62,278 bases of DNA, filler included, from Hausera hauseri (GCA_046269625.1; 12 parts of 12 records of this genome joined end to end with filler, not necessarily neighbours in it), one strand, 5' to 3'. Shown: positions 1 through 13,428, counted from the first letter of the whole stretch. Translations and numbers: made by a program. Notes: a model not told the origin generated them from the letters alone.

Positions 1-35
1 ATTCCCTAAATCCAGATCCTTACAACCATTGTGCT

Positions 36-52
36 CCTCACTCGGGGCACCA
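36..52 (-). promoter_or_regulatory. LTR-retrotransposon primer-binding site complementary to elongator tRNA-Met 3' end
   Basis: Minus strand reads TGGTGCCCCGAGTGAGG, a 16/17 match to the complement of the metazoan elongator tRNA-Met end (CCTCACACGGGGCACCA, recalled). A near-identical site sits at 18015-18031 in front of a gag. Confidence 0.8.
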
Positions 53-59
53 GTTTATA

Positions 60-3000
60 TGTTGGTGGTACAGGGGTTAATCAACCTTAGATCGTACCTA
101 ACATATAAAATTAATTTTTTAGGAGACTATTCTTGTAAACGCTTGTTCATGTTCCAATTGAATTTCCGCTAACTATTAAACAAACCAGTCTCATTATTTG
201 AAGGCACGTGAGTCTTCATATCTTTAATAGATTTTGATAATAATGTTGGCCGATTTACATTCAATTATAAACATTAGTTGATATACATATATCTTCCTAT
301 GTATGGGTATCTTGGTTTGTATATAAATCCTCGTGTGTACAGATATTTGCAAATCCATTTATCTATATTCCTGGATTTGTGTACTCCGTGTAACGGTGAC
401 TAATATTAAGGGCTATCTTCTGTTAACTACATCTATCCTTTTCCACTGGTTACTGGAAATGGTCATTATTCCGATTCCAAAATTTTTATGCATTGGATTC
501 GTAGTTTAACCCCCTTTTGTATCTACGTAAACACCATAATATTCCATTAGCGTTACTAGGGCCTTCTATTCGTCACCATTATGTTCTCTATTTGAGGTCG
601 GCAATTTCAACTTAATATGTATTTCTGAGTATTCATGGATATTCATCTATCATCACTGCATGAATATAATTATTAATCAACTATTATCATAATCACTAGG
701 GTTAACGAAAGAATGTACATAATTCTACATTTATTATGATTCTTCTTTCTAATTTGTCACAATTCTTTCCATGGTTCATTATAGTGAGGTCTATGGAATA
801 GCCAATATTAACATTAACCAATAAAGGGTAAATATGATGATTCTAATGCCTGTATATATATGAATAGGATAACAATTGAGGAATTCATTCAATACTGATC
901 AGTGATATCAGTCAACATTTACAAAACCCATTTAATTTTACATTCTATGATTTGTACATTCAATGCAATTGTGATTAATATCAAGGACCATTTTTCATCA
1001 ACCATATCCATCCTGTTCCATTAACCAGACCTATCCCTCACCATTGATATAGAATAGTCAGTGTTCTAATTCTGAACAACCCGAATTTTCAATATATTGT
1101 GCTCGTAATTTATGCATTTAAAAATATCATAAGATTTCATTAGGGTTACTAGGATATTCTATTTATCATCGTTCTTTTCTCCTTATGGTTTCTAATTTTA
1201 ACTTAGTATACATTCCTAATGTTGATCTGTCATTACCATACAATTAAATTAACCAATGTTATGGGTCGATATAGTATTTAAATAGATATACATGATTGAA
1301 GTGAGTAAAGGTAGATTTATTAAATCACGATGGGTTGATGAAGGACATGCATAATCTTATGTTTACTATGAGTCCTTTTTTAATTTATTACAATTCTTCC
1401 TAAAATTCGGTTATAAGAGGGGCTACGAAGTATCAATATCAAGGTTGACTAATGAAGGGTAAATATAACAATAATTCTAATATTTATATACATAACAATC
1501 AATGAATTCATTTAATATTAACCGGCGACATTAGTCAACGAAAGAGTGGGTACGATAATCGGGAATTATAACACTTAAATGTTCATACTTACGACCAAAA
1601 CGAATACCGGTAAGTTTATTGAATAATACTAAGAGATAAGAAAGGGGTAAATATAGTTTTCTATCTGTCATAATTCTGTACTCAATTCATCATGGTTCTC
1701 CCAATGATTCACCCATGTATGAGTATATACAACACTAAATACCACTATCATTCAATAAGAAATAAATATAATAATTTAAACATTTGTACATTAGTAGAGC
1801 AACCAACAACACCAGTTAATGGAAATGTAATTAGGATGATCCAAATATTTATATGTGAGGGATTAATACAAATATGAATGATTCCAATCGAATAATAATA
1901 TAATTAGATCTTTCATCGCACAATTTCCTTAACATTCCAATGGGTATATCCTTTGAAATTAAATATGAGCGGTTCTCAGTAAATAATAATTTAACCGAAC
2001 TTTTCTTCGTGCTATTTCTATGAAACTTCGATACGTAAATTTTATCTCAGAGGTTTAACTTATGGTTAGCATCATAACTAACAATCGGGTCCCTACCATT
2101 TATTTCTAGTGGTAATCTTATCCGTATCGGATGTGGAACAATCCTCAAAGGTCATTATTCATACATAATCTATTTTGTCGTTATCGTTATTCAGACTACT
2201 TTATATTATGTACTCGAATACGGTTTCTCTGTATCGATCATCAATTAATATTCTTTAGACACAATTTGTATGTTGTCTAAATTTGTTAGGGATATCTTTC
2301 TGATAAATGATTCCGTCATTAGTCAAATTTATCCATACGTCATTTTGTGATTTTATATATATCTTCATTTCCATACTTTACACTATCCTAAATCCTTCGA
2401 AAGGAGTTCGATCATAATGTATCTTGAAAGGAATAACTCATATCTCCTCTTCCAATGATACTATCATTTCAAATATATATACTATTGTTATTTAACTTTT
2501 AATTATTATTCACACTCATTCGCTCAATCTTATCAGAAGAATAAGTATAAAACAAATCGTTTAAACCATGGCCAACAATGGAAAACATCGGTATCTTTCG
2601 TATTTCGATTGGGGGAAAATCAAAGTAATACGTTAAACAAATAATACTTTAATCGTTGATCGTCATACTAATCAGTTAGGATAGCTGGTTCGTAATCACC
2701 TCCATGAGAATATCATAAATTATCAAATGTTCGTTATCCATATTCCTTCTGCATTAACGATTCAAATGAGGAACGTATTCGTAATCAAGAAACATAGTTA
2801 TTCTTTGTTGACAGTTCTTCGGCTCATCTGGGCATTTGACCGATCGCTTCATCTTTTCGAATTAGAATCGACTAATTTGAACCATGTCCCATCAGAGGGA
2901 ATATTATGAACATCTAAACCATACCCTTACATTCATTCATTTCAACCATACAATATCTTCCAAATAACATTCTTCATTTAATTGACTAAAATATATTTAA

Positions 3001-4165
3001 AACACAGATATACAATTTAATAAATCAAATAAACGGCAAGAAGACAACTTATGAAATTATAATAAATTATTTACCCAAAGAATCTCCCGTTTGAGCCAAA
3101 TTATTATCGTCTCGTGCGGCCATTATTCGTATAATAGTTTGTATTTTGTTTAACTAAGTTTGTCGTCGTTTGAACCCTTTATCTTCAAGGTTTCAGATAG
3201 ATTATAATGGACTTGGAGTTGTATTTCGGTAGAATTTGATTATACCTGTCTTCCAATTATTCAAAATTTTATCAAGCGAAAACCTACTTATCGGTTTCCT
3301 TTAACTTCAATATCTTCAATTAGAATAAAATTTCAGTTTCTGTAATGTGAGAGAGTTTTTGTGTGGTGAATATCGTTGGTTTTTATACCAACCCTTTCTG
3401 TCAATCTTTTTTCAAGTTCATTTTCTAAAATCCGTCTGTCACTCATTAATGGGTTTTTTAAATTTGTTTGCTATTGATTCAAAATTCATCTGTCGCTCAT
3501 TAATGGGTTTTTTAAATTTGTTTGCCATTGATTCTACGTATTTCTAGAATCAATTTTAACATCTGTTCTTGGTTGGCATTTTCTAATATTCAAACATTTC
3601 TGAATCCAACATGTACCTTGAATGATTGGCATTTTCTAATATTCGTCGATGATCGACGTATACTTCGATTTTCAAATTTCCAAATGATTGACATTGTTTT
3701 TAGATTTCAAGTGATTTGCATGCTTATAGGCATTGTTTTTAGATTTCAAATGATTGGCATGCTTTTAAATTTTTAAATAATTAACATTTTTTCTATTCTA
3801 TTTCGACAATAATGGCTTTAAAATTCTATTCTATTTCGACAATAATGGCTTTAAAATTTAATTCTATTTACCAGTTGCCTCTATGCCGTTATGAATTTGG
3901 ATAACAATCATACATATACGGTATCAGCTTAACAATAGTTGATTACCCATCAATGGGTTTTACAAGAAAATAGAAGAGAAAGAAAATATATTTACATAAT
4001 TCCAATTTTACAAAAATAGTTCAAATATTCGAAAAATGTAATTTAGATATAAAGTGTAGTTCGAATGTTAAATGTTCCATGATGTAATTCGAATGTTAAA
4101 TGTTCCACGAAATATAGTTCTTCGGAGTTCAAATTCGATTATCCTACTGTTAATGATCCTTAACA
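60..4165 (-). mobile_element. Putative very long (~4.1 kb) LTR of a Ty3/Gypsy-type element
   Basis: On the minus strand it starts TGTTA at 4165 directly after a PPT and ends CAACA at 60, 7 nt before the PBS. TGTT...AACA termini; no long intact ORF inside. Confidence 0.55.
3425..3870. repeat. Cluster of short tandem repeats (~54 bp x2, ~40 bp x2-3, ~33 bp x2-3)
   Basis: TCTGTCRCTCATTAATGGGTTTTTTAAATTTGTTTGCYATTGATTC twice; CATTGTTTTTAGATTTCAARTGATT twice; TTCTATTCTATTTCGACAATAATGGCTTTAAAA twice plus a partial copy. Confidence 0.85.
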
Positions 4166-4178
4166 TTTCTCCCCCTTT
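4166..4178 (-). promoter_or_regulatory. Polypurine tract (PPT) of LTR retrotransposon
   Basis: Minus strand GAGGACCGAATCCTTCTTT-AAAGGGGGAGAAA-TGTTA resembles the typical Gypsy 3' internal end, PPT and LTR start. Confidence 0.75.
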
Positions 4179-4301
4179 AAAGAAGGATTCGGTCCTCCGG
4201 ATCACTCTGGGTACTTGCATCGATGAAACTGAGGTTTCTGGGTTTAATCGTCAAGGTCGCATCGTTCACGGGGTTCATCCAATGGCATAGTCTTTGGGTT
4301 C

Positions 4302-4401
4302 NNNNNNNNNNNNNNNNNNNNNNNNNNNNNNNNNNNNNNNNNNNNTTAATTAATTAANNNNNNNNNNNNNNNNNNNNNNNNNNNNNNNNNNNNNNNNNNN
4401 N
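4302..4401. other. Artificial contig-joining spacer N44-TTAATTAATTAA-N44 (first of 11; others at 8467-8566, 14263-14362, 18534-18633, 23303-23402, 27670-27769, 31722-31821, 38229-38328, 44350-44449, 50720-50819, 54894-54993)
   Basis: An identical 100-bp N-flanked palindromic 12-mer with stops in all six frames recurs 11 times, and features are truncated at these points. Confidence 0.99.
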
Positions 4402-7400
4402 AAAACATGAGTTATATGGGCAATGTACAGTAAATTATCAACAAGCAAAAATTGAAATAAACTCCTGAAAAATCACCATATACTATATAATAAATTATAC
4501 TATATAATTATTTACCGTTTTAAGGCTATTTGAAAATGAATGAGGGCCTGTTATAGATGAATTGATTCATTTAAAAATTGTCTCAAAAATTTCACATGGC
4601 GTTCAAACAGAACGAAATATGATAATATTAAATATATTTTTAAATTTGCGAAGTAAAAATTTAAACCCTTAAAATGAAATAAACATGTTAACTTCACACA
4701 ATTCTGATAGAATTATTTATAGAAAAACGCCGAAATTGTTCACTGTTTAAACTGTTTTACTGTTTGACATTCATTCAGAAAGTTACTTATTTATTTTTCC
4801 AGATGTTAAGCCCTGATGTCAAGACAAGTGTACTAAGGTCAACTCATTGAGAAGTAAATCGAATATAGCCTCATTACAACCATGGTAAGAAGTTAAATTT
4901 GATTGACCATGAATTATCTGAAACCTCGTTCAAATTTATATAATTTAAATGATATTTTCTCATTACCCATTGTACACAATGTTATGTATAGGTGTTCAAT
5001 TTTTGAAGCTACGTCTATAATTCCTGATCTGTCAATAATAAATAACGAAACATGAAAGAATTGAAATTTAAGTAAATCACAATTGTTGTTTTTAATTTTG
5101 GATAATTAGGATTTAATGATAGTATATTAACGGTTGACTCAAATTTTCTTTCATCATTTAGCTCATTGCAAGAGATAATATGAACCAAGCATTTTTGAAT
5201 CATAATTCAATGAAACATAATAGAATTTCTTTGTCAGATCCGTAATCAAAACGAATACCACATTTACCTGAACAAAAATAGATTCTATATAGAATTTGGT
5301 AGGTATTTTACTTCCACACAAATCTTTTTTTTTCTGAACAAAGCTAATTTATGAAAATTTAACAAAATGCAATAGATTTTTTATTCGTATTATTCGTTAA
5401 TTTTCCATTAGATTTATAAGATTATTTTTATTATTCAATAATTATAAATGACGGCATTATTTCAAAAAGCAATCCGCAAAATCGAAGAGAATTTATCATC
5501 GGCATTGACAAATATCGATGACGACGACGACGTTCATGGAATTTACTTGGTTCGTAAATCAGCATTTAATGAAGTAAGTAAATCGTTGAATTTGAACAAG
5601 ATAATTATTAACAACAATTACCATCACAAAAGCAGCTGATGGAAGTTGTCAAAGCCAGTCGTCCGTTGCTCAGTCAAATCAAATTCGAGTACAAAAGTCT
5701 CATTTACCACGTTAGCAGTGCGCAAATGTTTGCCCGAGTAATGGAAGATGAAATACAAACGGCAGTATCTTATCCGACGACGATTCAGAATTATCGACGT
5801 CTTTGTGACGATTTACGGCAGAGGTAATAGATGTGATATCGGACTATTGAAATAAGCATGGTAATGCATACCGAACAAGCATATTTTTTGAGTTAGGTTT
5901 TTATCGCTGTTTGGTAGAAATGAATGCCCAGGTTTTTCCCAAAGGGGAGTGTATGTAACACGTATTATAAAATATAAAAAGCTTCTCGAATTCTCTTATG
6001 CAGCTCTGTTTTAGACACTTCTTGCGTACGTGGTTTCTAATATTACATTATTGTAACTTTCAACTTCATTCATATTTAAATGTCTAAAAAATTATTAATG
6101 AATTTGTCATTTGTTTCGTCTCCCAACGGGCATAAATATTCAGTTGGATTTATTTAAGAATTTCATTGAGCTCCATCAGTGGTTTATTAATTCGGTCATT
6201 TTACTTTCCCGTTGTCTACGACATTTAGATATCCAACAGACGAAAGAAAATCGAATGATCGAAAGCCCCAATTATTTATGATGTCACATGACCATCTAAT
6301 ACCGTCGACGAAATATTTAATCCCTTGTCATATTATCAAAATTTATGGTGGGTACATACGATGCGACGAATTATGGTTATTTCAGTTACGTTCGGCTTCT
6401 CTGACTACCATGCTGTTTTGTTTTTGTTTGTCCTTGACAATTGATTAATGATTTTATATAGGGAAAATTTTTTGTTTTTTAATTTGTCTATTCTGTATGA
6501 ATTTACAGAAAATGGTTGAATAACGCTACCATGAGTTAGGCATAAACAATTTCTTTATCGTTTGAATATACAGCAACGATTACGTAAGCAATACATAAGA
6601 TTTTTCTATGAAGAATTATAGAAACATACGCAAAATTTTGACACAGTCATGCACACTATTTATACATGTTGCCGTTCACATTTGAGTTTATCATTAATTA
6701 AAATACCTTGACTTGATAAATACGTCCTGGCATGTCTTTTACGAGGTCTTGAAGAATCTTGAACTATTTTCGTTTTCTATACTTCGATGGTATCATTCCT
6801 TGATTCCTTAACTTTTATAATTAATATTATACCACAAATATTATTAATAAAACATTTATTTTCTACAGACAAATAGTGGAAAATTTTTTTCATTCCATTT
6901 TTTACAAATATCTTAATTCTACCAAAAAATAAACAAAGAAATCAATATTACATTTCTTGTGTAAATTATTGATAATGATAGAAAATAGTGCAGAAACCAG
7001 TATTTATTACATTCAATCTATTGTTGAATTTTTGAGGTGTTTAGAAACGATTCTGCTGTTCAAGATAGTATTATGCAAGTCATTTGGTACCTATTAATTG
7101 AGTTGCACTTACAGACAAAATGGTACGAAAATAAGTCTTTAAAATTGAATAGTAGACCCAAAACTTCTATGAGTTATTACGAAAACAATCATCATTTGTA
7201 CGAAACACAGACATCTAAAATCTTATCTGATATAACAGTTAGACAATGATTTTTGAATTTCATTTGTTAATTCTAATCATTAAAATCCAAAAGCTTGGAT
7301 TTTTACCACAAACATTAACGAATGTATGATATAAGAACTTAAGAAAACTAATTTTTGCTATAACGCACAATTTAGTACAATTGCAAAGTAAATTAATACT

Positions 7401-7821
7401 AATTGCTCATCTCTAATTCAAGGTGATTGATTACTAGGCTCTGCATACAATGCCTCTAATTGATTATCTGGGTGATTTATTTTTTTATACATCACTTCAG
7501 AAATATCCGCATCAGTTTGAATTCAATTTAAATTCGATTTGAAATTTCTATTGACTCAGATATTATTCAAATTTTCAAATAGGATGGGAATTATTTTGCA
7601 GAAAATCTAGAATTTGTATTTTATTTCATCAAAATAATAAATCCTGTGTTGTGTGTCACATCGTATAATTTTGTTCTCTGCGTTGAAACTGCCCATAATT
7701 AATTCCTAACAAATTTCATTGGACGAATTTTCGTTGAAAATTATTTTGTACTGCTCAATAATTTAGTCTCATCGACAATGCTGACATAATATGTGCGAAA
7801 AATTATTGTCAATACATTTTC

Positions 7822-8391
7822 ATGCCAACTGTATCAAATCATTCGAAAAAGTACTGGATATCTTTCGCATTTAACAAAACACTGAACACTTACATTTCAA
7901 CGATTCACATTCAGTCGTCTCGATCGGTTAAAGATAAAAGTTTTCGTCCTTATTCCGTCTTTGATGGAATTCAAACTGCTGTAATTTTGGCCGTTATGGT
8001 TGGTGTGATATTCGTCTATGGAATTGTCAAGGCGAAATGCAAACGGGATGAGGATATTTATGAACGAGACCTCATCAGAAAGTCCCGTCAAGATCCTCAT
8101 AAGGCCCATGATTGGTCAGACAAATTAATCAAGTACAAACGGCGATATTCGTTATTTCAGAAATTCAAGGAATTACATCCGCCAGAAGCGAAGCCATATC
8201 CGAGTCGGAATTTTATTTCTAAAGTCTACTTGGTGAGAAATTGGTTGAGAAATTCTAATTTCCAGAAGGCATTGAAGAACAATTTGTCATACTCAAATAT
8301 CGAAGTTTATACTTGTTCAAGATCGTATAAATTAGAAACATCCATTCATCTTTCTACTCTTTCGGTAAATAATTCTTTAATGCTCAATTAA
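7822..8391 (+). CDS. Hypothetical single-pass membrane protein
   Basis: 189-aa ORF in very AT-rich DNA with one hydrophobic stretch (IQTAVILAVMVGVIFVYGIV) followed by basic residues. No family recognised. Confidence 0.4.
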   Translation: MPTVSNHSKKYWISFAFNKTLNTYISTIHIQSSRSVKDKSFRPYSVFDGIQTAVILAVMVGVIFVYGIVKAKCKRDEDIYERDLIRKSRQDPHKAHDWSDKLIKYKRRYSLFQKFKELHPPEAKPYPSRNFISKVYLVRNWLRNSNFQKALKNNLSYSNIEVYTCSRSYKLETSIHLSTLSVNNSLMLN

Positions 8392-8566
8392 TAGAATTTA
8401 TCCTCATCAATAATACTGCTGCTTCATTCACAAAATGACAATAGAAATAGATGATATATTTAGTCCNNNNNNNNNNNNNNNNNNNNNNNNNNNNNNNNNN
8501 NNNNNNNNNNTTAATTAATTAANNNNNNNNNNNNNNNNNNNNNNNNNNNNNNNNNNNNNNNNNNNN

Positions 8567-9555
8567 TTGATAAGCATAATTAAATTAGAAATTTCATTTT
8601 TTTGAACACCACACAACTTCTGAAAAATAACAACACTATTTGTTGGCGGAATATCATAAATATCTAATTTCAATATGGGAATTTTCAGACCACAGTAAAA
8701 CGTTTGTTGTGTATTTGGTTCAAAAACGTAGTTTCTTAAACATTCACATTTTCTACAGTGTCCATTAAAGTAGAAAAATACGTACATGTACGCTAGAAAT
8801 GGCAGTAACAATGCAATCACCATGGCATTTAAAATCAATACGGAATTGTGGACGGTTATACATTGGTTTGGAACAAATCCTTTATATGAATGCCATAATT
8901 TTATTACAATACCGAGATTTCTACCGACAGATTCTCTTCCCAGATCTTGTTGAATGAACAACGAATAATTGCAGATTAAATAATTATTTTCCACGGCATA
9001 TTTAATCAAACGTTTCGCGGATTTCAAGAAAGACAAAGTTGGAAAGGTATTTGCACAATTGCCAATGTATGCGATGGCTATTGTTTCTACGTTCCATGCT
9101 AGCACGGCAGCCGACTGATGATTCCAACCTCTTCCTTCATAAATATTTCCTTTTCCGTCTATTAGAAAATTATAAGGAATATCATAAAATGATGGTGTTG
9201 CACCACTACCATCAAATAGATTTCGTTGAATTTGTCTTAAAACACCAATACAAGAATTCTTAATCATACATCCGTAATTTTCTTCCGAGGAAATGACGAC
9301 CTTCTTTGGTTTCATCGAAAACGGAGTCAAATAACCGATAGGTGGTGCTCCATACCATTGATCCTTCGAATTTATGTCTAATATCCCTGCCTTACCATCG
9401 AACGTTGATCCATCAAATATGCTGCAAAAGGAAAAACTAACGATTTTGAAATGTTTATTGCTGTCATGTACCAGCCAAAAGTCTGTCAATCCAGTGAATA
9501 TTTTAGTTGCCCAATTGAAATTCGTTCCATTAATAACAATTTTAATTTCATTTGA
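8567..9555 (-). CDS. PGRP: Peptidoglycan-recognition protein (amidase_2 fold), non-catalytic, with C-terminal TM helix; 3' end truncated by spacer, 5' exons unresolved
   Basis: Signature FYDIPYNFLIDGKGNIYEGRGW, plus INSKDQWYGAPP, CIGVLRQIQ, IAIAYIGN and LIKYAVENNYLICNYSL. Hydrophobic LILNAMVIALLLPFLAYMYVFFYF follows the domain. Confidence 0.88.
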
Positions 9556-10189
9556 AAATCAATCCATTCAATCTTATTTGATGTTAATTAATTATCTAGC
9601 TGCTTAGCAGCTTATATTGTTTTTGCAGCTTATATTCAATTGAATTGATATGGCTATATAATTCTGTCTTAATTGTGGCCAACTAGTAATCAAGGCCTTT
9701 AAATTTCTTTCAGCTAATTCCGAATTGAAACATGTCGGCGTTAAATTACTTTTAAACATGTCGAATGAACTTTAACTCCGTTATTTTTGTAACAACAACG
9801 GTTCTGAACGAATTTTCGTAAAAGTTCATTAAATTTTCAAATTTATGTTTTCATGATAAAAACGCCATGATTGTGAAATATGATTCATCTGTACTGGTTT
9901 CTGATTAATTTCGGCTGATTGTAATTAATTTCAACTGAATTTGATGACTGATTAAATTTGTGGACTTTTTATTTTCGATTTTGTAATTTTAGCCAAAGTA
10001 CAATAATCCAAAATTTTCGCATAATTTTCTAAATTTGGATTCTCATGTCTTTTTACAATTTGTTTCTTCATTAACAGTCTGTAAAATAAACCTGTATATA
10101 AAGAAATGTTCAAAGCAAATGTTAAAAGCATCCCGCATTTATTTACACATTAGGCATATCGAACCGAAGTCATCCGATGTCATTCAATT

Positions 10190-10600
10190 CTATAAGGGGC
10201 TTCTCTGATCCTGACTGATACTTTTCATGATGTAAAATTTGCTAGGTACTTTAGTAAATCTCTCCAATTTGATATAACGTGGTGATACAGGAATTCGTCG
10301 TAATGTTTGAGAAACATTAGAGTTTAATAAATCTGAGTGAGACGAAAAATTATTTTGATTTTCTTGCATTTCAACGATATCATCTTCTCCAGGTGCTTGT
10401 TCTGGAAAATCTTGTGATTTCTTTACTTCATTAATTATTTTCATTTCTTCATATGTGAATTCTTCTTGCTCTTCAGCCGCTGACTCTTCTGTATCATTTT
10501 TGATTTCTTTTTCTTCATATCCTGATTCCACCTGCGTTTCATTTGCATATTCATCTGCTAATTTCGATTCTTCAAATCTCGTTTCTTTCGCATCAGTTGC
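10190..10600 (-). CDS. Acidic low-complexity exon, possibly an upstream exon of the PGRP gene or of a neighbour
   Basis: 113-aa Glu-rich ORF on the same strand as PGRP. Splicing to it is not established. Confidence 0.3.
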   Translation of the reverse strand, partial: ATDAKETRFEESKLADEYANETQVESGYEEKEIKNDTEESAAEEQEEFTYEEMKIINEVKKSQDFPEQAPGEDDIVEMQENQNNFSSHSDLLNSNVSQTLRRIPVSPRYIKLERFTKVPSKFYIMKSISQDQRSPL

Positions 10601-12967
10601 ATCTTCTAATCGTTTTCATTTGTTTTGTCTCTATCCACTTTTATTATATCCTCTAATGGAGTTTCTGCTAAGTTTTCTTCGGTCATTTCCTCTAGCAGGC
10701 ATATCATGCAATTATAAAACAATAACGACCGTCTATATCTTACTACTCTCGGCGAACTATGATTATTGTCGTCTCTCAGTCGTCTGAACCCTGCCAGGGG
10801 TCATGCATCCATTATTTTACGCATTCTATTTTTATATCACGCACATTCATTCAACCAACATGAACACCTATTTATACACATTCATACACACATATATACA
10901 CTATATATTTATATTTACACTATATACATCCCCTACTTTATAACTTTTCACTTAATCTTCTTGATGTTGACGGATTCCCCAACTAATCAGTCAGGTTCCA
11001 ACAAGTGACCCAAATTCAAAACGTTTAAATCGGGATTGTTTGAAGTTTGCAATATCAACTGAACATGCCAGACATTTCAAAATTTTGAGAAGTGACGTTA
11101 TCATTTGTATCTTTGTGAATATTTACAGAAATTTGAATCAATTCATTTTCAATTATCGATTTCATATTTTATGTTACTCACAAGGAACACTCGAAAACTG
11201 CGACAAACATTTATTGCGATTTATTAAAAATGCGAGTAACATTTTAGATGTGATAATTCACTTAATCAATAGAAAATTTATTCCATCAAAAATGTCAATA
11301 AAAATTATGGACTGATCAGTAAAAAATTAAAATCAATGAAAAATATTTCTTTTACACATGATAGCTTATGGATCTAAAATGTTTCACGAATGGCTGTTTA
11401 AGTAATGACTCATTGGATGACGCATCTGGAATGAATAATAAAATGAAAATGTCAAATAATAATAAAAATATTTAATTTCATTTAATAGCAACTTTATTCA
11501 AGAAAACAAAAACAACGAAAGAAAAACATTTTTGTTAAACATATTGATTGCTTTTGTTATTTTTACAATTTTATATATTCTTTGTTAATTAATTAACTTA
11601 ATTGAAATGAGGTAAATTTTACATTAATTTTTTACTCTGTCTCTGCGGATTGGTGAATTACTACAGGGTAAAACTAAACATTCGAAATGCCACTATCGAT
11701 TTTTCCTATGACAAGCAATCTTTAGTCCAATTCATTGTGGAACGCATCTGGTTTCCTGACTCACTTATTTGCCTCATTGATATTTTCTGTTCCTTCTTCA
11801 ATGCACAAATTGACACTGTCAGTGAAGAGATTGTTAATTTGAACCATCAGTACACAACTGAGGTGTAGTTCTGCATCACCTTTCGGTAACCATTCACTGG
11901 ACATGATGCACATTTTCAACTATTCACTTTGACAACGCAGTTACATTCTCAAAAAGCATGCGCAAAGCCCCCCCCCTGAAGAGACGTCACAGCAGAGATA
12001 TCCCACAAATATTGATTACCGTATGTGGGATCAAAGTGAAGTCAATTTAATGACAGTCCATTACAGCAAATAAGCCTTCCAGTCAGTCTCTCATGGAGTC
12101 TGTTAACAAAGAGCACACAAATTCACCAATTATCCAATATCAGCATTTGCTGTTTCCATTTTGGCTGCTGGACTGCAAGTTTTCGTTGCACCAGATTTTT
12201 GTTATTATGAGAAAATATTTTCGACGTACCCAAATTTTAATTATTCAAATAAATTAGACATTGTAAAAAATAAAACAATTAAAATGAAAATTGCAAAATA
12301 TTTACGAAATAGAAATGTGAATCATTTCTGCATTGGACATTTTTGATCCGATCTTGTTCACAAAGAAATGTGCAATTTGTAGAATTCGTCTAGTTAAAAC
12401 ATCTTATTCATATAGTTTATTTCTGACCATAAAGTGCCATATTTTATACATCAAAATGATGAAATATTTGTAAATATCAAATATACACTGGGCATGACTT
12501 TTCAGATTTTCTGATGAGCTAAAATGTGTCCAGCATTTCATAAACAACATTTTGAAATCATCAAATATTTTGTTGTACGCTAATCTTCATTACGACTGAA
12601 ATAATTCTCAATAATCATACAAATTGCAGAAGGAAATGTCATGAAGGAAAAACCTTTGAAGATTATTGATTGTCGCCATTTTGAAATTAGATGTTCAATG
12701 AAATAACACCAACAACAAATCATTACAATCTACAAAATGACCTGCTGTTGTAGAATAATCAATGTTCAACAACCCAATTATATATATAGTCGTGGCCACT
12801 GGATTAGTATAAATGTGAAAATAATATCTAATCGGCGATATTTAAGGAATCCATGTATTATAATAAAATGGGATTATTACAATGACGTGTTTTTGCTAGT
12901 TGGATTGGTGACTGATTGTGGCTGTTTTCATCAGTATTTATATTGATTTTTTGTTATTAGAGTAATA

Positions 12968-13428
12968 ACACATCACTCTATAAGTTTCCGGTCTAGTGAA
13001 GAAAAACAATTTTTTTAGAAATACGACTTTATTCGTCAACATACTCTCCTTCAAGAGTAATACATGTATTCCAACGCTCCTCTAACTTTTCGATGCCTGT
13101 TTTGTAGAACGATTTGTCTTTGCTCTCAAAATAGGCCTCAATTTCGGCAATCACTTTTCCATAATGCTTATCAAGCCACTGTTTGGCTAAACCAGTATTT
13201 TCCCCATCAAAAAACAATGTTTAATCAACACGCGAAATTCTTTCTTATCCATTACTTTGTAAAAACAAAACATAGGTCACTAAAACCATTGTAACCTGTA
13301 AACTATTTATCAGAATGTCATTAAATTTTGGAATGTATCGTTTGAAGGATGCTACTACGCAGAAATCATATTGGTCTGTCAACAGTATTGCCATGTGCGT
13401 CAGACCGAAAACTTACTGAGTGATGTGT
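12968..13428 (-). mobile_element. Internally deleted mariner (irritans/Himar1-like), ~460 bp
   Basis: TIRs ACACATCACTCTATAAGTTTCCGGTCT / ACACATCACTCAGTAAGTTTTCGGTCT, each flanked by TA. Himar1-like N-terminus (MDKKEFRVLIKHCF...AKQWLDKHYG) is joined to the C-terminus (VIAEIEAYFESKDKSFYKTGIEKLEERWNTCITLEGEYVDE). Confidence 0.9.

Noticed and set aside
4346-4357. Recurring TTAATTAATTAA palindrome as a biological repeat or CRISPR-like array
   Set aside because: Always embedded in N44 runs; it is an assembly linker.
5448-5940. Two adjacent short plus-strand ORFs suggesting a spliced host gene
   Set aside because: No recognisable domain and no consistent splice model.
11640-12190. Compositionally distinct block suggestive of a transposon remnant
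   Set aside because: No TIR pair or protein motif could be identified.
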